Positions 13,666 through 24,925 are shown, counted from the first letter of the stretch. The stretch: DNA of 64,000 nucleotides from Escherichia coli (GCF_017348835.2 NZ_CP071375.1); one strand, 5' to 3'. The notes: generated by a model from the sequence alone, not told the origin. Program-made: numbers and translations.

Positions 13666-14234
13666 AAACGGGGGCTGAAGCCATCCGGGCACTGGCCACA
13701 CAGCTCCCGGCGTTTCGTCAGAAACTGAGCGACGGCTGGTATCAGGTACGGATTGCCGGGCGGGACGTCAGCACGTCCGGGTTAACGGCGCAGTTACATG
13801 AGACTCTGCCTGATGGCGCTGTGATTCATATTGTTCCCAGAGTCGCCGGGGCCAAGTCAGGTGGCGTATTCCAGATTGTCCTGGGGGCTGCCGCCATTGC
13901 CGGATCATTCTTTACCGCCGGAGCCACCCTTGCAGCATGGGGGGCAGCCATTGGGGCCGGTGGTATGACCGGCATCCTGTTTTCTCTCGGTGCCAGTATG
14001 GTGCTCGGTGGTGTGGCGCAGATGCTGGCACCGAAAGCCAGAACTCCCCGTACACAGACAACGGATAACGGTAAGCAGAACACCTATTTCTCCTCACTGG
14101 ATAACATGGTTGCCCAGGGCAATGTTCTGCCTGTTCTGTACGGGGAAATGCGCGTGGGGTCACGCGTGGTTTCTCAGGAGATCAGCACGGCAGACGAAGG
14201 GGATGGTGGTCAGGTTGTGGTGATTGGTCGCTGA
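13563..14234 (+). CDS. I: Tail tip assembly protein I
   Basis: 223 aa, overlaps the 3' end of K as in lambda. Confidence 0.88.
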   Translation: MAATHTLPLASPGMARICLYGDLQRFGRRIDLRVKTGAEAIRALATQLPAFRQKLSDGWYQVRIAGRDVSTSGLTAQLHETLPDGAVIHIVPRVAGAKSGGVFQIVLGAAAIAGSFFTAGATLAAWGAAIGAGGMTGILFSLGASMVLGGVAQMLAPKARTPRTQTTDNGKQNTYFSSLDNMVAQGNVLPVLYGEMRVGSRVVSQEISTADEGDGGQVVVIGR

Positions 14235-14294
14235 TGAAAAACGTTTTATGTGAAACCGCCTCCGGGCGGTTTTGTCGTTTATGGAGCGTGAGGA

Positions 14295-17200
14295 ATGGGT
14301 AAAGGCAGCAGTAAGGGGCATACTCCGCGCGAAGCGAAGGACAACCTGAAGTCCACGCAGTTGCTGAGTGTGATCGATGCCATCAGCGAAGGGCCGGTTG
14401 AAGGTCCGGTGGATGGATTAAAAAGCGTGCTGCTGAACAGTACGCCAGTGCTGGACACTGAGGGGAATACCAACATCTCCGGCGTCACGGTGGTGTTCCG
14501 GCCCGGTGAGCAGGAGCAGACACCGCCGGAGGGATTTGAATCCTCCGGCTCCGAGGCGGTGCTGGGTACGGAAGTGAAATACGACACGCCGATTACCCGG
14601 ACCATCACGTCGGCAAACATCGACCGTCTGCGCTTTACCTTCGGTGTGCAGGCACTGGTGGAAACCACCTCAAAGGGGGACCGGAATCCGTCGGAAGTCC
14701 GCCTGCTGGTTCAGATACAGCGTAACGGTGGCTGGGTGACGGAAAAAGACATCACCATTAAAGGCAAAACCACCTCACAGTATCTGGCCTCGGTGGTGGT
14801 GGATAACCTGCCGCCGCGCCCGTTTAATATCCGGATGCGCAGGATGACGCCGGACAGCACCACAGACCAGCTGCAGAACAAAACGCTCTGGTCGTCATAC
14901 ACCGAAATCATCGATGTGAAACAGTGCTACCCGAACACGGCACTGGTCGGCGTACAGGTGGATTCGGAGCAGTTCGGCAGCCAGCAGGTGAGCCGTAATT
15001 ATCATCTTCGCGGGCGCATTCTGCAGGTGCCGTCGAACTATAACCCGCAGACGCGACAATACAGCGGTATCTGGGACGGAACGTTAAAACCGGCATACAG
15101 CAACAACATGGCCTGGTGTCTGTGGGATATGCTGACCCATCCGCGCTGCGGCATGGGGAAACGTCTTGGTGCGGCGGATGTGGATAAATGGGCGCTGTAT
15201 GTCATCGGCCAGAATTGCGACCAGTCGGTGCCGGATGGCTTTGGTGGCACGGAACCGCGTATCACCTGTAATGCGTACCTGACCACGCAGCGCAAGGCGT
15301 GGGATGTGCTCAGTGATTTCTGCTCGGCGATGCGCTGTATGCCGGTATGGAACGGGCAGACGCTGACGTTCGTGCAGGACCGGCCATCGGATAAGGTGTG
15401 GACCTATAACCGCAGTAATGTGGTGATGCCGGATGATGGCGCGCCGTTCCGCTACAGCTTCAGCGCCCTGAAGGACCGTCATAATGCCGTTGAGGTGAAC
15501 TGGATTGACCCGAATAACGGCTGGGAGACGGCGACAGAGCTTGTGGAGGATACGCAGGCCATTGTCCGTTACGGTCGTAACGTCACGAAGATGGATGCCT
15601 TTGGCTGTACCAGCCGGGGGCAGGCACACCGCGCCGGGCTGTGGCTGATTAAAACGGAGCTGCTGGAGACGCAGACCGTGGACTTCAGCGTGGGCGCAGA
15701 AGGGCTTCGCCATGTACCGGGCGATGTCATTGAAATCTGTGATGATGACTATGCCGGTATCAGCACCGGCGGGCGTGTGCTGGCGGTGAACAGCCAGACC
15801 CGGACGCTGACGCTCGACCGTGAAATCACGCTGCCATCCTCCGGTACCACGCTGATAAGCCTGGTTGACGGAAGTGGCAATCCGGTCAGCGTGGAGGTTC
15901 AGTCCGTCACCGACGGCGTGAAGGTGAAAGTGAGCCGTGTTCCTGACGGCGTTGCCGGATACAGCGTGTGGGGGCTGAAGCTGCCGACGCTGCGCCAGCG
16001 CCTGTTCCGCTGTGTGAGTATCCGTGAGAACGACGACGGCACGTATGCCATCACTGCCGTGCAGCATGTACCGGAAAAAGAGGCCATCGTGGATAACGGA
16101 GCGCACTTTGACGGCGACCAGAGCGGCACGGTGAATGGTGTCACGCCGCCAGCGGTGCAGCACCTGACCGCAGAAGTCACCGCAGACAGTGGGGAGTATC
16201 AGGTGCTGGCGCGCTGGGACACGCCGAAGGTAGTGAAGGGTGTGAGCTTTATGCTTCGCCTGACCGTGGCCGCCGATGACGGCAGTGAGCGGCTGGTCAG
16301 CACGGCCCGGACGACGGAAACCACTTACCGCTTCAGGCAGCTGGCGCTGGGGCGTTACACGCTGACGGTCCGGGCGGTAAATGCCCGGGGACAGCAGGGC
16401 GATCCGGCGTCGGTATCGTTCCGGATTGCCGCCCCGGCAGCGCCGTCGCGGATTGAGCTGACGCCGGGCTATTTTCAGATAACTGCCACGCCGCATCTTG
16501 CCGTTTATGATCCGACGGTACAGTTTGAGTTCTGGTTCTCGGAAACGCGGATTACCGATATCAGGCAGGTTGAAACCACAGCCCGCTACCTTGGCACGGG
16601 GCTGTACTGGATAGCCGCCAGTATCAATATCAAACCGGGCCATGATTATTACTTTTATATCCGCAGTGTGAACACCGTTGGCAAATCGGCATTCGTGGAG
16701 GCCGTCGGTCGGGCGAGCGATGATGCGGAAGGTTACCTGGATTTTTTCAAAGGCAAGATAACCGAATCCCATCTCGGTAAAGAGCTGCTGGAAAAAGTTG
16801 ATCTGACGGAGGATAACGCCAGCAGACTGGATGAGTTTTCGAAAGAGTGGAAGGACGCTAACGATAAATGGAATGCCATGTGGGGCGTCAAAATTGAGCA
16901 GACCAAAGACGGCAAACATTATGTCGCGGGTATTGGCCTCAGCATGGAGGACACGGAGGAAGGCAAGCTGAGCCAGTTTCTGGTTGCTGCTAACCGTATC
17001 GCGTTTATTGACCCGGCAAACGGGAATGAAACGCCGATGTTTGTGGCGCAGGGCAACCAGATATTCATGAACGACGTGTTCCTGAAACGCCTGACGGCAC
17101 CCACCATTACCAGCGGTGGCAGTCCTCCGGTATTTTCCCTGACATCAGACGGAAAGCTGACCGCTAAAAATGCGGATATCAGTGGCAGTGTGAATGCGAA

Positions 17201-17708
17201 CTCAGGGACGCTCAACAATGTCACGGTAAATGAAAACTGTACGATTAAGGGCATGCTGGAGGCGACTCAGGTCAGAGGTGACTTCGTTAAAGCTGTATCC
17301 AAATCATTTCCGAAACAGGCTGGTACGTGGGGTAACACGGAAACACCAAACGGGACGGTTACAGTCACCATCAGCGATGATCATAACTTTGACCGTCAAA
17401 TCATTATTCCGCCCATTATCTTTAACGGAATAGCGTATAGCGATCCGGGAAGTGGTAATAACCCGGGAGGTACAAGATACACGGGTTATGGTTTTGAAGT
17501 TCGCAAAAACGGTGTATTAATCGCATCCAGAGAAACTAAAGGGGCCATTCCCGGTAGCTACAGTGCGGTTATTGATATGCCGAGTGGCAGGGGAAGCGTC
17601 ACTCTGGAGTTTAAGGTTTTCCATAAAGGCAATCAGTGGGCAGGTAATATCACCGACTGTACGGTGATTGTGACCAAAAAAGCCGCTTCCGGCATCAGTA
17701 TTCGTTGA
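14295..17708 (+). CDS. J: Tail tip host-specificity protein J (central tail fibre)
   Basis: 1137 aa, lambda gpJ-like over most of its length; the last ~150 codons are compositionally distinct. Confidence 0.93.
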   Translation: MGKGSSKGHTPREAKDNLKSTQLLSVIDAISEGPVEGPVDGLKSVLLNSTPVLDTEGNTNISGVTVVFRPGEQEQTPPEGFESSGSEAVLGTEVKYDTPITRTITSANIDRLRFTFGVQALVETTSKGDRNPSEVRLLVQIQRNGGWVTEKDITIKGKTTSQYLASVVVDNLPPRPFNIRMRRMTPDSTTDQLQNKTLWSSYTEIIDVKQCYPNTALVGVQVDSEQFGSQQVSRNYHLRGRILQVPSNYNPQTRQYSGIWDGTLKPAYSNNMAWCLWDMLTHPRCGMGKRLGAADVDKWALYVIGQNCDQSVPDGFGGTEPRITCNAYLTTQRKAWDVLSDFCSAMRCMPVWNGQTLTFVQDRPSDKVWTYNRSNVVMPDDGAPFRYSFSALKDRHNAVEVNWIDPNNGWETATELVEDTQAIVRYGRNVTKMDAFGCTSRGQAHRAGLWLIKTELLETQTVDFSVGAEGLRHVPGDVIEICDDDYAGISTGGRVLAVNSQTRTLTLDREITLPSSGTTLISLVDGSGNPVSVEVQSVTDGVKVKVSRVPDGVAGYSVWGLKLPTLRQRLFRCVSIRENDDGTYAITAVQHVPEKEAIVDNGAHFDGDQSGTVNGVTPPAVQHLTAEVTADSGEYQVLARWDTPKVVKGVSFMLRLTVAADDGSERLVSTARTTETTYRFRQLALGRYTLTVRAVNARGQQGDPASVSFRIAAPAAPSRIELTPGYFQITATPHLAVYDPTVQFEFWFSETRITDIRQVETTARYLGTGLYWIAASINIKPGHDYYFYIRSVNTVGKSAFVEAVGRASDDAEGYLDFFKGKITESHLGKELLEKVDLTEDNASRLDEFSKEWKDANDKWNAMWGVKIEQTKDGKHYVAGIGLSMEDTEEGKLSQFLVAANRIAFIDPANGNETPMFVAQGNQIFMNDVFLKRLTAPTITSGGSPPVFSLTSDGKLTAKNADISGSVNANSGTLNNVTVNENCTIKGMLEATQVRGDFVKAVSKSFPKQAGTWGNTETPNGTVTVTISDDHNFDRQIIIPPIIFNGIAYSDPGSGNNPGGTRYTGYGFEVRKNGVLIASRETKGAIPGSYSAVIDMPSGRGSVTLEFKVFHKGNQWAGNITDCTVIVTKKAASGISIR

Positions 17709-17728
17709 AATTGTTATAACCCATATAA

Positions 17729-17754
17729 GGGCACCAGAAATGGTGCCTTTTTTA
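17729..17754 (+). terminator. Rho-independent terminator after J (ggcacc-agaaat-ggtgcc plus T6)
   Basis: Hairpin plus T-run read in sequence. Confidence 0.6.
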
Positions 17755-17777
17755 TTGCAGAAAAGCGAGAGGTAATT

Positions 17778-18377
17778 ATGCGTAAACTTTATGCCGCCAT
17801 TTTGTCCGCAGCCATTTGTCTGGCCGTATCCGGTGCGCCTGCATGGGCATCTGAACATCAGTCCACGCTGAGCGCGGGGTATCTTCATGCCTCGACGAAC
17901 GTTCCCGGCAGCGATGATCTTAACGGGATTAACGTGAAATACCGTTATGAGTTTACGGACACACTGGGGCTGGTGACGTCATTCAGCTATGCAGGAGACA
18001 AGAATCGCCAGCTTACCCGTTACAGCGATACCCGCTGGCATGAAGATTCCGTGCGTAACCGCTGGTTCAGCGTGATGGTGGGGCCGTCTGTGCGCGTGAA
18101 TGAATGGTTCAGCGCGTATGCGATGGCGGGTATGGCTTACAGCCGTGTGTCGACTTTCTCCGGGGATTATCTCCGCGTAACTGACAACAAGGGGAAAACG
18201 CACGACGTGCTGACCGGAAGTGATGACGGTCGCCACAGCAACACGTCTCTGGCGTGGGGAGCTGGCGTGCAGTTTAACCCGACCGAATCCGTGGCCATTG
18301 ATATTGCTTATGAAGGCTCCGGCAGTGGCGACTGGCGCACTGACGGTTTCATCGTGGGTGTCGGTTATAAATTCTGA
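17778..18377 (+). CDS. lom: Outer membrane beta-barrel protein Lom (Ail/Lom/PagC family)
   Basis: 199 aa with signal peptide [24 protein letters not shown] and C-terminal F as in OM beta-barrels. Confidence 0.9.
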
Positions 18378-18404
18378 TTAGCCAGGTAACACAGTGTTAT
18401 GACA

Positions 18405-18431
18405 GCCCGCCGGTTCTGGCGGGCTTTTTTG
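18405..18431 (+). terminator. Rho-independent terminator after lom
   Basis: agcccgccgg-ttc-tggcgggct followed by tttttt. Confidence 0.65.
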
Positions 18432-18441
18432 TGGGGGGAAT

Positions 18442-21402
18442 ATGGCAGTAAAGATTTCAGGTGTACTGAAAGACGGCACAGGAAAACCGGTACAGAACTG
18501 CATAATCCAGCTGAAAGCAAAACGTAACAGCACCACGGTGGTGGTGAACACGCTGGCCTCAGAAAATCCGGATGAAGCCGGGCGTTACAGCATGGACGTT
18601 GAGTACGGTCAGTACAGCGTTATTCTGTTGGTGGAGGGATTCCCGCCGTCACATGCCGGGACCATCACCGTGTATGAAGATTCTCAACCCGGTACGCTGA
18701 ATGATTTTCTCGGTGCCATGACGGAGGATGATGCCCGTCCGGAGGCACTGCGTCGTTTTGAACTGATGGTGGAAGAGGTGGCGCGTAACGCGTCCGTGGT
18801 GGCACAGAACACGGCAGCCGCAAAGAAGTCAGCCAGTGATGCCAGCACATCTGCCAGTGAGGCGGCAACCCGTGCGACTGATGCTGCAGATTCAGCACGT
18901 GCAGCCAGCACGTCAGCCGGACAGGCCGCGTCGTCGGCTCAGTCAGCGTCTTCCAGCGCAGGAACGGCATCAGCAAAAGCCTCTGAGGCATCAAAAAGTG
19001 CTGCCGCTGCAGAGTCCTCAAAAAGCGCGGCGGCTACCAGTGCCGGTGCGGCGAAAACGTCAGAAACGAATGCGGCAGCGTCAGAACAATCAGCCGCCAC
19101 TTCTGCATCCACCGCGACCACGAAAGCGTCAGAAGCTGCCACCTCAGCCCGGGATGCGGCGGCCTCAAAAGAGGCGGCAAAATCATCAGAAACGAGCGCA
19201 GCCTCGAGCGCCAGTAATGCCGCTTCCTCGGCAACGGCGGCAGGAAATTCCGCGAAGGCGGCAAAGACGTCTGAGACAAACGCTAAGTCCTCTGAAACGG
19301 CAGCAGCACAGAGTGCCTCCGCAGGCGCAGACTCAAAAACAGCGGCTGCATCATCTGCCAGCGCCGCGTCAACAAGTGCCGGGCAGGCCTCAGCCAGTGC
19401 CACCGCTGCCGGAAAGTCGGCAGAAAGTGCCGCATCGTCTGCTTCAACAGCCACAACGAAGGCTGGCGAAGCCACTGAACAGGCCAGCGCAGCAGCGAGT
19501 TCTGCTTCCGCAGCGAAGACATCCGAAACGAACGCGAAAGCGTCGGAAACCAGCGCAGAATCCTCAAAAACTGCTGCCGCATCGTCAGCCAGTTCGGCGG
19601 CGTCATCGGCATCATCTGCGTCTGCTTCAAAAGATGAGGCGACCAGACAAGCGTCAGCAGCGAAGAGCAGCGCCACGACGGCATCCACGAAGGCGACAGA
19701 GGCAGCTGGCAGTGCGACGGCGGCAGCTCAGAGCAAAAGTACGGCGGAATCCGCGGCAACGCGCGCCGAGACAGCGGCAAAACGGGCAGAGGATATTGCA
19801 TCCGCCGTGGCGCTTGAAGATGCGAGCACGACGAAAAAGGGGATAGTACAGCTCAGCAGTGCGACTAACAGCACTTCCGAGTCACTGGCGGCAACGCCAA
19901 AAGCAGTTAAGTCCGCGTATGACCTGGCTAACGGGAAATACACCGCACAGGATGCAACGACAGCACAGAAAGGGATAGTTCAGCTCAGCAGCGCGACCAA
20001 CAGCACATCTGAAATGCTGGCGGCAACGCCAAAGTCGGTAAAGGCAGCCTATGACCTTGCTAACGGGAAATATACCGCTCAGGACGCTACGACAGCACAA
20101 AAAGGAATTATCCAGCTCAGTAGTGCAACCAACAGCGCATCTGAAACGCTTGCCGCGACACCGAAAGCAGTGAAAGCAGCTAATGATAATGCGAATGGTC
20201 GGGTACCTTCTGCCCGTAAGGTGAATGGTAAGGCGCTTTCAGCGGATATAACACTGACGCCGAAAGATATTGGTACGCTTAACTCAACAACAATGTCATT
20301 CAGCGGTGGTGCTGGTTGGTTCAAATTAGCAACGGTAACCATGCCACAGGCGAGTTCTGTTGTTTCAATTACGTTGATTGGTGGCGCGGGATTTAACGTG
20401 GGGTCACCTCAACAGGCAGGTATATCTGAACTTGTTTTGCGTGCAGGTAATGGTAATCCGAAGGGGATTACTGGTGCTTTATGGCAGCGCACATCGACAG
20501 GGTTTACAAATTTTGCCTGGGTCAATACATCTGGTGATACTTACGATATTTACGTTGCAATCGGAAATTATGCGACTGGTGTAAATATTCAATGGGATTA
20601 TACCAGTAATGCCAGCGTGACTATTCATACGTCACCAGCATATTCTGCTAATAAGCCGGAAGGGTTAACGGACGGTACAGTTTATTCACTCTATACGCCA
20701 TCAGAGCAGTTTTATCCGCCTGGCGCACCAATCCCGTGGCCATCAGATACCGTTCCGTCTGGTTATGCCCTGATGCAGGGGCAGACTTTTGACAAATCTG
20801 CATACCCGAAACTTGCAGCCGCTTATCCGTCAGGCGTGATCCCTGATATGCGTGGCTGGACGATTAAGGGCAAACCCGCCAGTGGTCGTGCCGTATTGTC
20901 TCAGGAACAGGACGGCATTAAATCGCACACCCACAGCGCCAGCGCATCCAGTACGGATTTGGGGACGAAAACCACATCGTCGTTTGATTACGGCACTAAA
21001 TCCACGAATAACACCGGGGCTCATACGCACAGTCTGAGCGGCTCTACAAGCTCGGCCGGAGCACACTCGCACGTTGATGGTCGCAGGTTTAATACAAGCA
21101 CTTTTAAAGACACCTATCAGTATGGTTCTACAGCTGTCGGAAGTAACTCATACCAGGTACAAGGGGCGGTTGGTCTGGGCATTGGCACGATGGCGAATAC
21201 GAACTCTGCTGGCGCGCATACCCACTCACTGTCCGGCACTGCTGCAAGCGCAGGTGCACACGCACATACTGTCGGTATTGGTGCTCATACGCACTCCGTT
21301 GCGATTGGCTCACATGGACACACCATCACCGTTAACGCTGCTGGTAACGCGGAAAACACCGTCAAAAACATCGCATTTAACTATATTGTGAGGCTTGCAT
21401 AA
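18442..21402 (+). CDS. stf: Side tail fibre protein
   Basis: 986 aa: ~330-aa Ala/Ser/Thr-rich low-complexity segment, three tandem 44-aa tail fibre repeats, His-rich distal part with GAHTHS motifs. Confidence 0.9.
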   Translation: MAVKISGVLKDGTGKPVQNCIIQLKAKRNSTTVVVNTLASENPDEAGRYSMDVEYGQYSVILLVEGFPPSHAGTITVYEDSQPGTLNDFLGAMTEDDARPEALRRFELMVEEVARNASVVAQNTAAAKKSASDASTSASEAATRATDAADSARAASTSAGQAASSAQSASSSAGTASAKASEASKSAAAAESSKSAAATSAGAAKTSETNAAASEQSAATSASTATTKASEAATSARDAAASKEAAKSSETSAASSASNAASSATAAGNSAKAAKTSETNAKSSETAAAQSASAGADSKTAAASSASAASTSAGQASASATAAGKSAESAASSASTATTKAGEATEQASAAASSASAAKTSETNAKASETSAESSKTAAASSASSAASSASSASASKDEATRQASAAKSSATTASTKATEAAGSATAAAQSKSTAESAATRAETAAKRAEDIASAVALEDASTTKKGIVQLSSATNSTSESLAATPKAVKSAYDLANGKYTAQDATTAQKGIVQLSSATNSTSEMLAATPKSVKAAYDLANGKYTAQDATTAQKGIIQLSSATNSASETLAATPKAVKAANDNANGRVPSARKVNGKALSADITLTPKDIGTLNSTTMSFSGGAGWFKLATVTMPQASSVVSITLIGGAGFNVGSPQQAGISELVLRAGNGNPKGITGALWQRTSTGFTNFAWVNTSGDTYDIYVAIGNYATGVNIQWDYTSNASVTIHTSPAYSANKPEGLTDGTVYSLYTPSEQFYPPGAPIPWPSDTVPSGYALMQGQTFDKSAYPKLAAAYPSGVIPDMRGWTIKGKPASGRAVLSQEQDGIKSHTHSASASSTDLGTKTTSSFDYGTKSTNNTGAHTHSLSGSTSSAGAHSHVDGRRFNTSTFKDTYQYGSTAVGSNSYQVQGAVGLGIGTMANTNSAGAHTHSLSGTAASAGAHAHTVGIGAHTHSVAIGSHGHTITVNAAGNAENTVKNIAFNYIVRLA
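19819..20214 (+). repeat. Three tandem 132-bp coding repeats inside stf (phage tail fibre repeat)
   Basis: Unit [44 protein letters not shown] repeated at 19819, 19951 and 20083. Confidence 0.85.
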
Positions 21403-21986
21403 TGGCATTCAGAATGAGTGAACAAGCACGGACCATAAAAATTTATAATCTGCTGGCCGGAACTAATGAATTTATTGGTGAAGGTGATGCATATATTCCG
21501 CCTCATACAGGTCTGCCAGCAAACAGTACCGATATTGCACCACCAGATATTCCTGCTGGCTTTGTGGCTGTTTTCAACAGTGATGAGGCATCGTGGCATC
21601 TCGTTGAAGACCATCTGGGTAAAACGGTTTATGACGTAGCGTCAGGGGACGAGTTATTTATTTCTGAACTCGGTCCGTTACCGGAAAATGTTACCTGGTT
21701 ATCGCCGGAAGGGGAGTTTCAGAAGTGGAACGGCACAGCCTGGGTGAAAGATGCAGAAGCAGAAAAACTGTTCCGGATCCGAGAGGCGGAAGAAATAAAA
21801 AACAGCCTGATGCAGGTAGCCAGTGAGCATATTGCGCCACTTCAGGATGCTGTAGATCTGGAAATCGCAACGGAGGAAGAAACCTCATTGTTGGAAGCCT
21901 GGAAAAAGTATCGGGTGTTGCTGAACCGTGTTGATACATCAACTGCACCTGATATTGAGTGGCCTACGAATCCTGTCAGGGAGTAA
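21402..21986 (+). CDS. tfa: Tail fibre assembly chaperone
   Basis: 194 aa beginning [17 protein letters not shown]; start overlaps the stf stop (TAATG). Confidence 0.9.
   Translation: MAFRMSEQARTIKIYNLLAGTNEFIGEGDAYIPPHTGLPANSTDIAPPDIPAGFVAVFNSDEASWHLVEDHLGKTVYDVASGDELFISELGPLPENVTWLSPEGEFQKWNGTAWVKDAEAEKLFRIREAEEIKNSLMQVASEHIAPLQDAVDLEIATEEETSLLEAWKKYRVLLNRVDTSTAPDIEWPTNPVRE
21821..21941 (+). repeat. Direct repeat copy A (3' part of tfa)
   Basis: ~88 percent identical to 22870-22990, including a 40-nt identical core. Confidence 0.8.
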
Positions 21987-22040
21987 TCATTGGGATTATG
22001 CCGCAGCACGTCTTAAGCAAGAACGTGCTGCGGTTGGATG

Positions 22041-22709
22041 CTATTTTTTCCCTGAAGCGGAAAACATTACTACAGTACCTTGAACCTTGGTTTTAACATT
22101 CTCGAAATGCTCTGAGAGTATATGTGTTAAGCCTTCTTCGGAATCTTTTGTGTTTGAAAAGATGCCTTTCTGATTGTAAATGCGCATCAGTTTTTGACCG
22201 AAGCTATTGTGCACAACTCCATCGCCAAGAATTGTGGCTCCGTATAGAGTTCCATCGTCAGTTAAGGCCTGCGCCGCATTGCGTATTACACAGCTTTTTG
22301 TAGATATATTTCCAGGCAGGCAGTGAAGAAGGTAAAACATGGAAATGGAATCAAATTGACCATGTAACGCCGCGGGATAAGGTTCAAAAACATCATGGCT
22401 AATTTTATGTTTAATTTTTGATTCCCCAGCCCTTGTAGATGCCGCGTTCAGGCTAGCTTCGTTCAAATCCATTAAAGATATCAGACTACTCTCAGGTACG
22501 TGAGTAAGGTAAAACCCAGTTCCAACACCAATATCCAGATGGTTGTTACCTAAATGTTCCAGAAAGTGTGGAAGAAGGTGTTCCTTTGTAGGACATCCCC
22601 ATGCAAGCCGATTTGATACTCCCAAAACCCACCAGTCATAAAGCTTTAGGGTAAGTGGTGTGTAAATTTTAGCCCCATCATCTGTGTTTTTTTTCATTAA
22701 TTTCACCAT
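22041..22709 (-). CDS. ybcY: Class I SAM-dependent methyltransferase (prophage cargo, YbcY-like)
   Basis: 222 aa with GxGxG SAM motif LDIGVGTGFY; no DPPY/NPPY DNA-methylase motif; symbol from remembered K-12 DLP12 gene order. Confidence 0.75.
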   Translation of the reverse strand: MVKLMKKNTDDGAKIYTPLTLKLYDWWVLGVSNRLAWGCPTKEHLLPHFLEHLGNNHLDIGVGTGFYLTHVPESSLISLMDLNEASLNAASTRAGESKIKHKISHDVFEPYPAALHGQFDSISMFYLLHCLPGNISTKSCVIRNAAQALTDDGTLYGATILGDGVVHNSFGQKLMRIYNQKGIFSNTKDSEEGLTHILSEHFENVKTKVQGTVVMFSASGKK

Positions 22710-22765
22710 GTTATAGTTTTATTTGTGAATTAAATCAATTATGGCGATGAATTACAAGGGGTTAA

Positions 22766-23071
22766 ATGCTGCCGCAGCATAGCGATATTGAAATAGCCTG
22801 GTATGCTTCGATACAACAGGAGCCGAATGGCTGGAAGACCGTCACCACACAGTTCTACATCCAGGAATTCAGTGAGTATATTGCGCCACTGCAGGATGCT
22901 GTAGATCTGGAAATCGCAACGGAGGAAGAAAGATCGTTGCTGGAGGCATGGAATAAATATCGGGTATTGTTGAATCGAGTTGATACATCAGTAGCTCTGG
23001 GTATGAAGCTGTTTGTAACTCATGTTACAGTAACAGTCATTACTATCTCGAAGGTGCAAAATGTATATTGA
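22766..23071 (+). pseudogene. tfaX: Tail fibre assembly protein remnant (C-terminal Tfa segment only)
   Basis: 101-aa ORF containing [38 protein letters not shown], a near copy of the Tfa C-terminus; no Tfa N-domain. Confidence 0.65.
22870..22990 (+). repeat. Direct repeat copy B (within the tfa remnant)
   Basis: Pairs with 21821-21941. Confidence 0.8.
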
Positions 23072-23199
23072 TTTGATATTTTATAAATTTACTTCGAATC
23101 TGGCACGTCAACTTTTGATTAAAGTAATATCAGTTTTCGGCGAAAAAAGGACCGTGTACATGAGACGATTTCATACAATAATAACAAAAATATGAATAT

Positions 23200-23233
23200 G
23201 CTCCCAATGCAATATATGTTTTGCATTGGGAGC
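23200..23233. terminator. Perfect 13-bp-stem hairpin downstream of the hydrolase gene
   Basis: gctcccaatgcaa-tatatgtt-ttgcattgggagc read in sequence. Confidence 0.55.
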
Positions 23234-23254
23234 AAATAGCGGAATATTTTGAAA

Positions 23255-24739
23255 TTATTGTATTTCTGCTTCAGAATTTCCTGGGCAGTATATATTTTCT
23301 ATTTTTTGTGGAGTGATCAGGTGATGTACAACTGCTTTATCTACACATAAATTAACTCCGGTGAGAGCTAATGTATGCCCATCACCATTTATTGTTAGTA
23401 ACGGGCTGGAAAATTTCTCTGCCATCTTACGGGCATTAATCCAGGGCGTTGTTGGGTCGTATTTGTGTGCTATAAACAGTAAACCAGAGGGCAGAACAGT
23501 ATTTTTCAGGCGAGTTTTGTTCAGGTCGCTATGTATTGGCCATAATTCACAAAAATCAGGTGAATCGGAACGTCCATTGTCAAAGTTAATAGCCGGGAAG
23601 GCATTCGCAAGAGCGTCTTTTCGGGATTTTCGCTCTTCTGGTGTTAATTGCTCATCCCCCTGATCTACACAGAGGATTACCCCCGAAGCATCGCTTGACT
23701 CTTCTGAGGCTATCGGAGCACTGAGCGCAGTTTCAATTTCATTACTGACAATCCCCTGAGAGAACTGGCGTATGGCAGTTGCAAGGGTTGGCCATGATGA
23801 ACGCCATAGCAGAAGGTCTGTTGTTAATGATATGAGTTCATCTGAAGATATATTTTCTCTCTTACTGTCTAATAAAGGTTTGTGATGTAATTTTGATAAT
23901 AGCTCATGGAACTGAGTTATTGCCTTATCTCTGTCTGAAGAAAGCGGGCAACTTTTTGTACGCGCACACCAGGATGCAAAGCGATCAAACGTTTCCTGAT
24001 AACTCTGTGCCTGTTTGAGTTGCCATGTGAAGTTGTCCTCCAGGTCATCGATATCGACGACTCCATCAAGAACGATAGATCTTACGTTGTAGGGAAAACG
24101 TTCTGCATATAAGGCTGCAATTTGAGTTCCATACGAATACGCCACGGCTGTCAGTTGTTTATCCCCCAAGGCTTGCCTAATACGATCAATATCGTATACA
24201 GCCTCGTTAGAGCCGATATGGCGAATGACTTCGGCTCCGGTATTATGGATACAGGCATTAATTTTATTTAATACTTGTTGCTTTTCGGTTATGTTTTCCT
24301 GAGTCTCTGTATCTGATTGCCGGCAGTTTATTGTCGGAGTGGACTGTCCGACGCCTCGAGGATCAAATCCAATAATATCCCATGACTCACGAAGATTTGT
24401 GACTGGCCAGTCAAAGTTAATATAAGGATTTATGCCTGGTAACCCGGGACCACCACTTATTATCAGGATACTTCCTTTATGCTTGCTTTTTGCCGGCAAT
24501 TTTGTCAACGCTAGTTTGACTTGTGATTTTTTTTCATAAGAAGCATCTCCGCCTGTGTCTGTATATTTTAATGGAACAGACAAATAACCACATAGTAAGT
24601 CAGGAGACGGTTTTTCCTCACCAAACCAGTGGTTGAATTGACTGGCCATACAGGATTGCCACTGTATCTGCTGGGCAGATACGGTTACTGGTAGAAGTAA
24701 CGTTAAAACAACTTTGAAATGAGTAATTATTTTTCGCAT
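23255..24739 (-). CDS. Secreted alpha/beta-hydrolase, peptidase S33 / TAP-like family, unknown substrate
   Basis: 494 aa; signal peptide MRKIITHFKVVLTLLLPVTVSAQQ; GGPG oxyanion motif, FDPRGVGQS, nucleophile elbow AYSYG, C-terminal Asp (KYDPTTP) and His (NGDGHT); low-GC gene. Confidence 0.7.
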   Translation of the reverse strand: MRKIITHFKVVLTLLLPVTVSAQQIQWQSCMASQFNHWFGEEKPSPDLLCGYLSVPLKYTDTGGDASYEKKSQVKLALTKLPAKSKHKGSILIISGGPGLPGINPYINFDWPVTNLRESWDIIGFDPRGVGQSTPTINCRQSDTETQENITEKQQVLNKINACIHNTGAEVIRHIGSNEAVYDIDRIRQALGDKQLTAVAYSYGTQIAALYAERFPYNVRSIVLDGVVDIDDLEDNFTWQLKQAQSYQETFDRFASWCARTKSCPLSSDRDKAITQFHELLSKLHHKPLLDSKRENISSDELISLTTDLLLWRSSWPTLATAIRQFSQGIVSNEIETALSAPIASEESSDASGVILCVDQGDEQLTPEERKSRKDALANAFPAINFDNGRSDSPDFCELWPIHSDLNKTRLKNTVLPSGLLFIAHKYDPTTPWINARKMAEKFSSPLLTINGDGHTLALTGVNLCVDKAVVHHLITPQKIENIYCPGNSEAEIQ

Positions 24740-24925
24740 TGTGTCTCTGAATATCGGAATAAAGATAAGATTTGAATATATTGAGGTCTTGTGTTGCGGT
24801 AAGAGATTACACGTTATGACATAGGTTAAATGCTTACAAAATTAGTGGATATTGCCTACTTGTAACTGTAAACAAATTCCCCGGGGTTATACAATACCAC
24901 CGGGGAGAAAATCTGGTTAACTTCG

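Noticed and set aside
15084-16919. 611-aa ORF on the minus strand
   Set aside because: Lies entirely antisense within J in a GC-rich region, has no RBS or recognisable domain; typical antisense open frame of high-GC coding DNA.
18836-19846. 336-aa Arg/Pro/Gln-rich plus-strand ORF and a 249-aa Ala/Asp-rich minus-strand ORF (18939-19688)
   Set aside because: Alternative frames of the repetitive Ala/Ser-rich part of stf; composition is an artefact of the repeat, and the stf frame is the one continuous with conserved tail fibre domains.
19819-20214. Tandem repeats as a possible CRISPR array or other non-coding repeat
   Set aside because: Repeats are 132 bp, in frame, and encode a conserved tail fibre repeat inside a continuous ORF; no short spacer-repeat periodicity.
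21821-22990. Possible invertible tail-fibre switch (Gin/Pin/Min-like) around the methyltransferase
   Set aside because: The two tfa-derived repeats are in direct, not inverted, orientation and no site-specific recombinase gene is present; an insertion or remnant is the simpler explanation.
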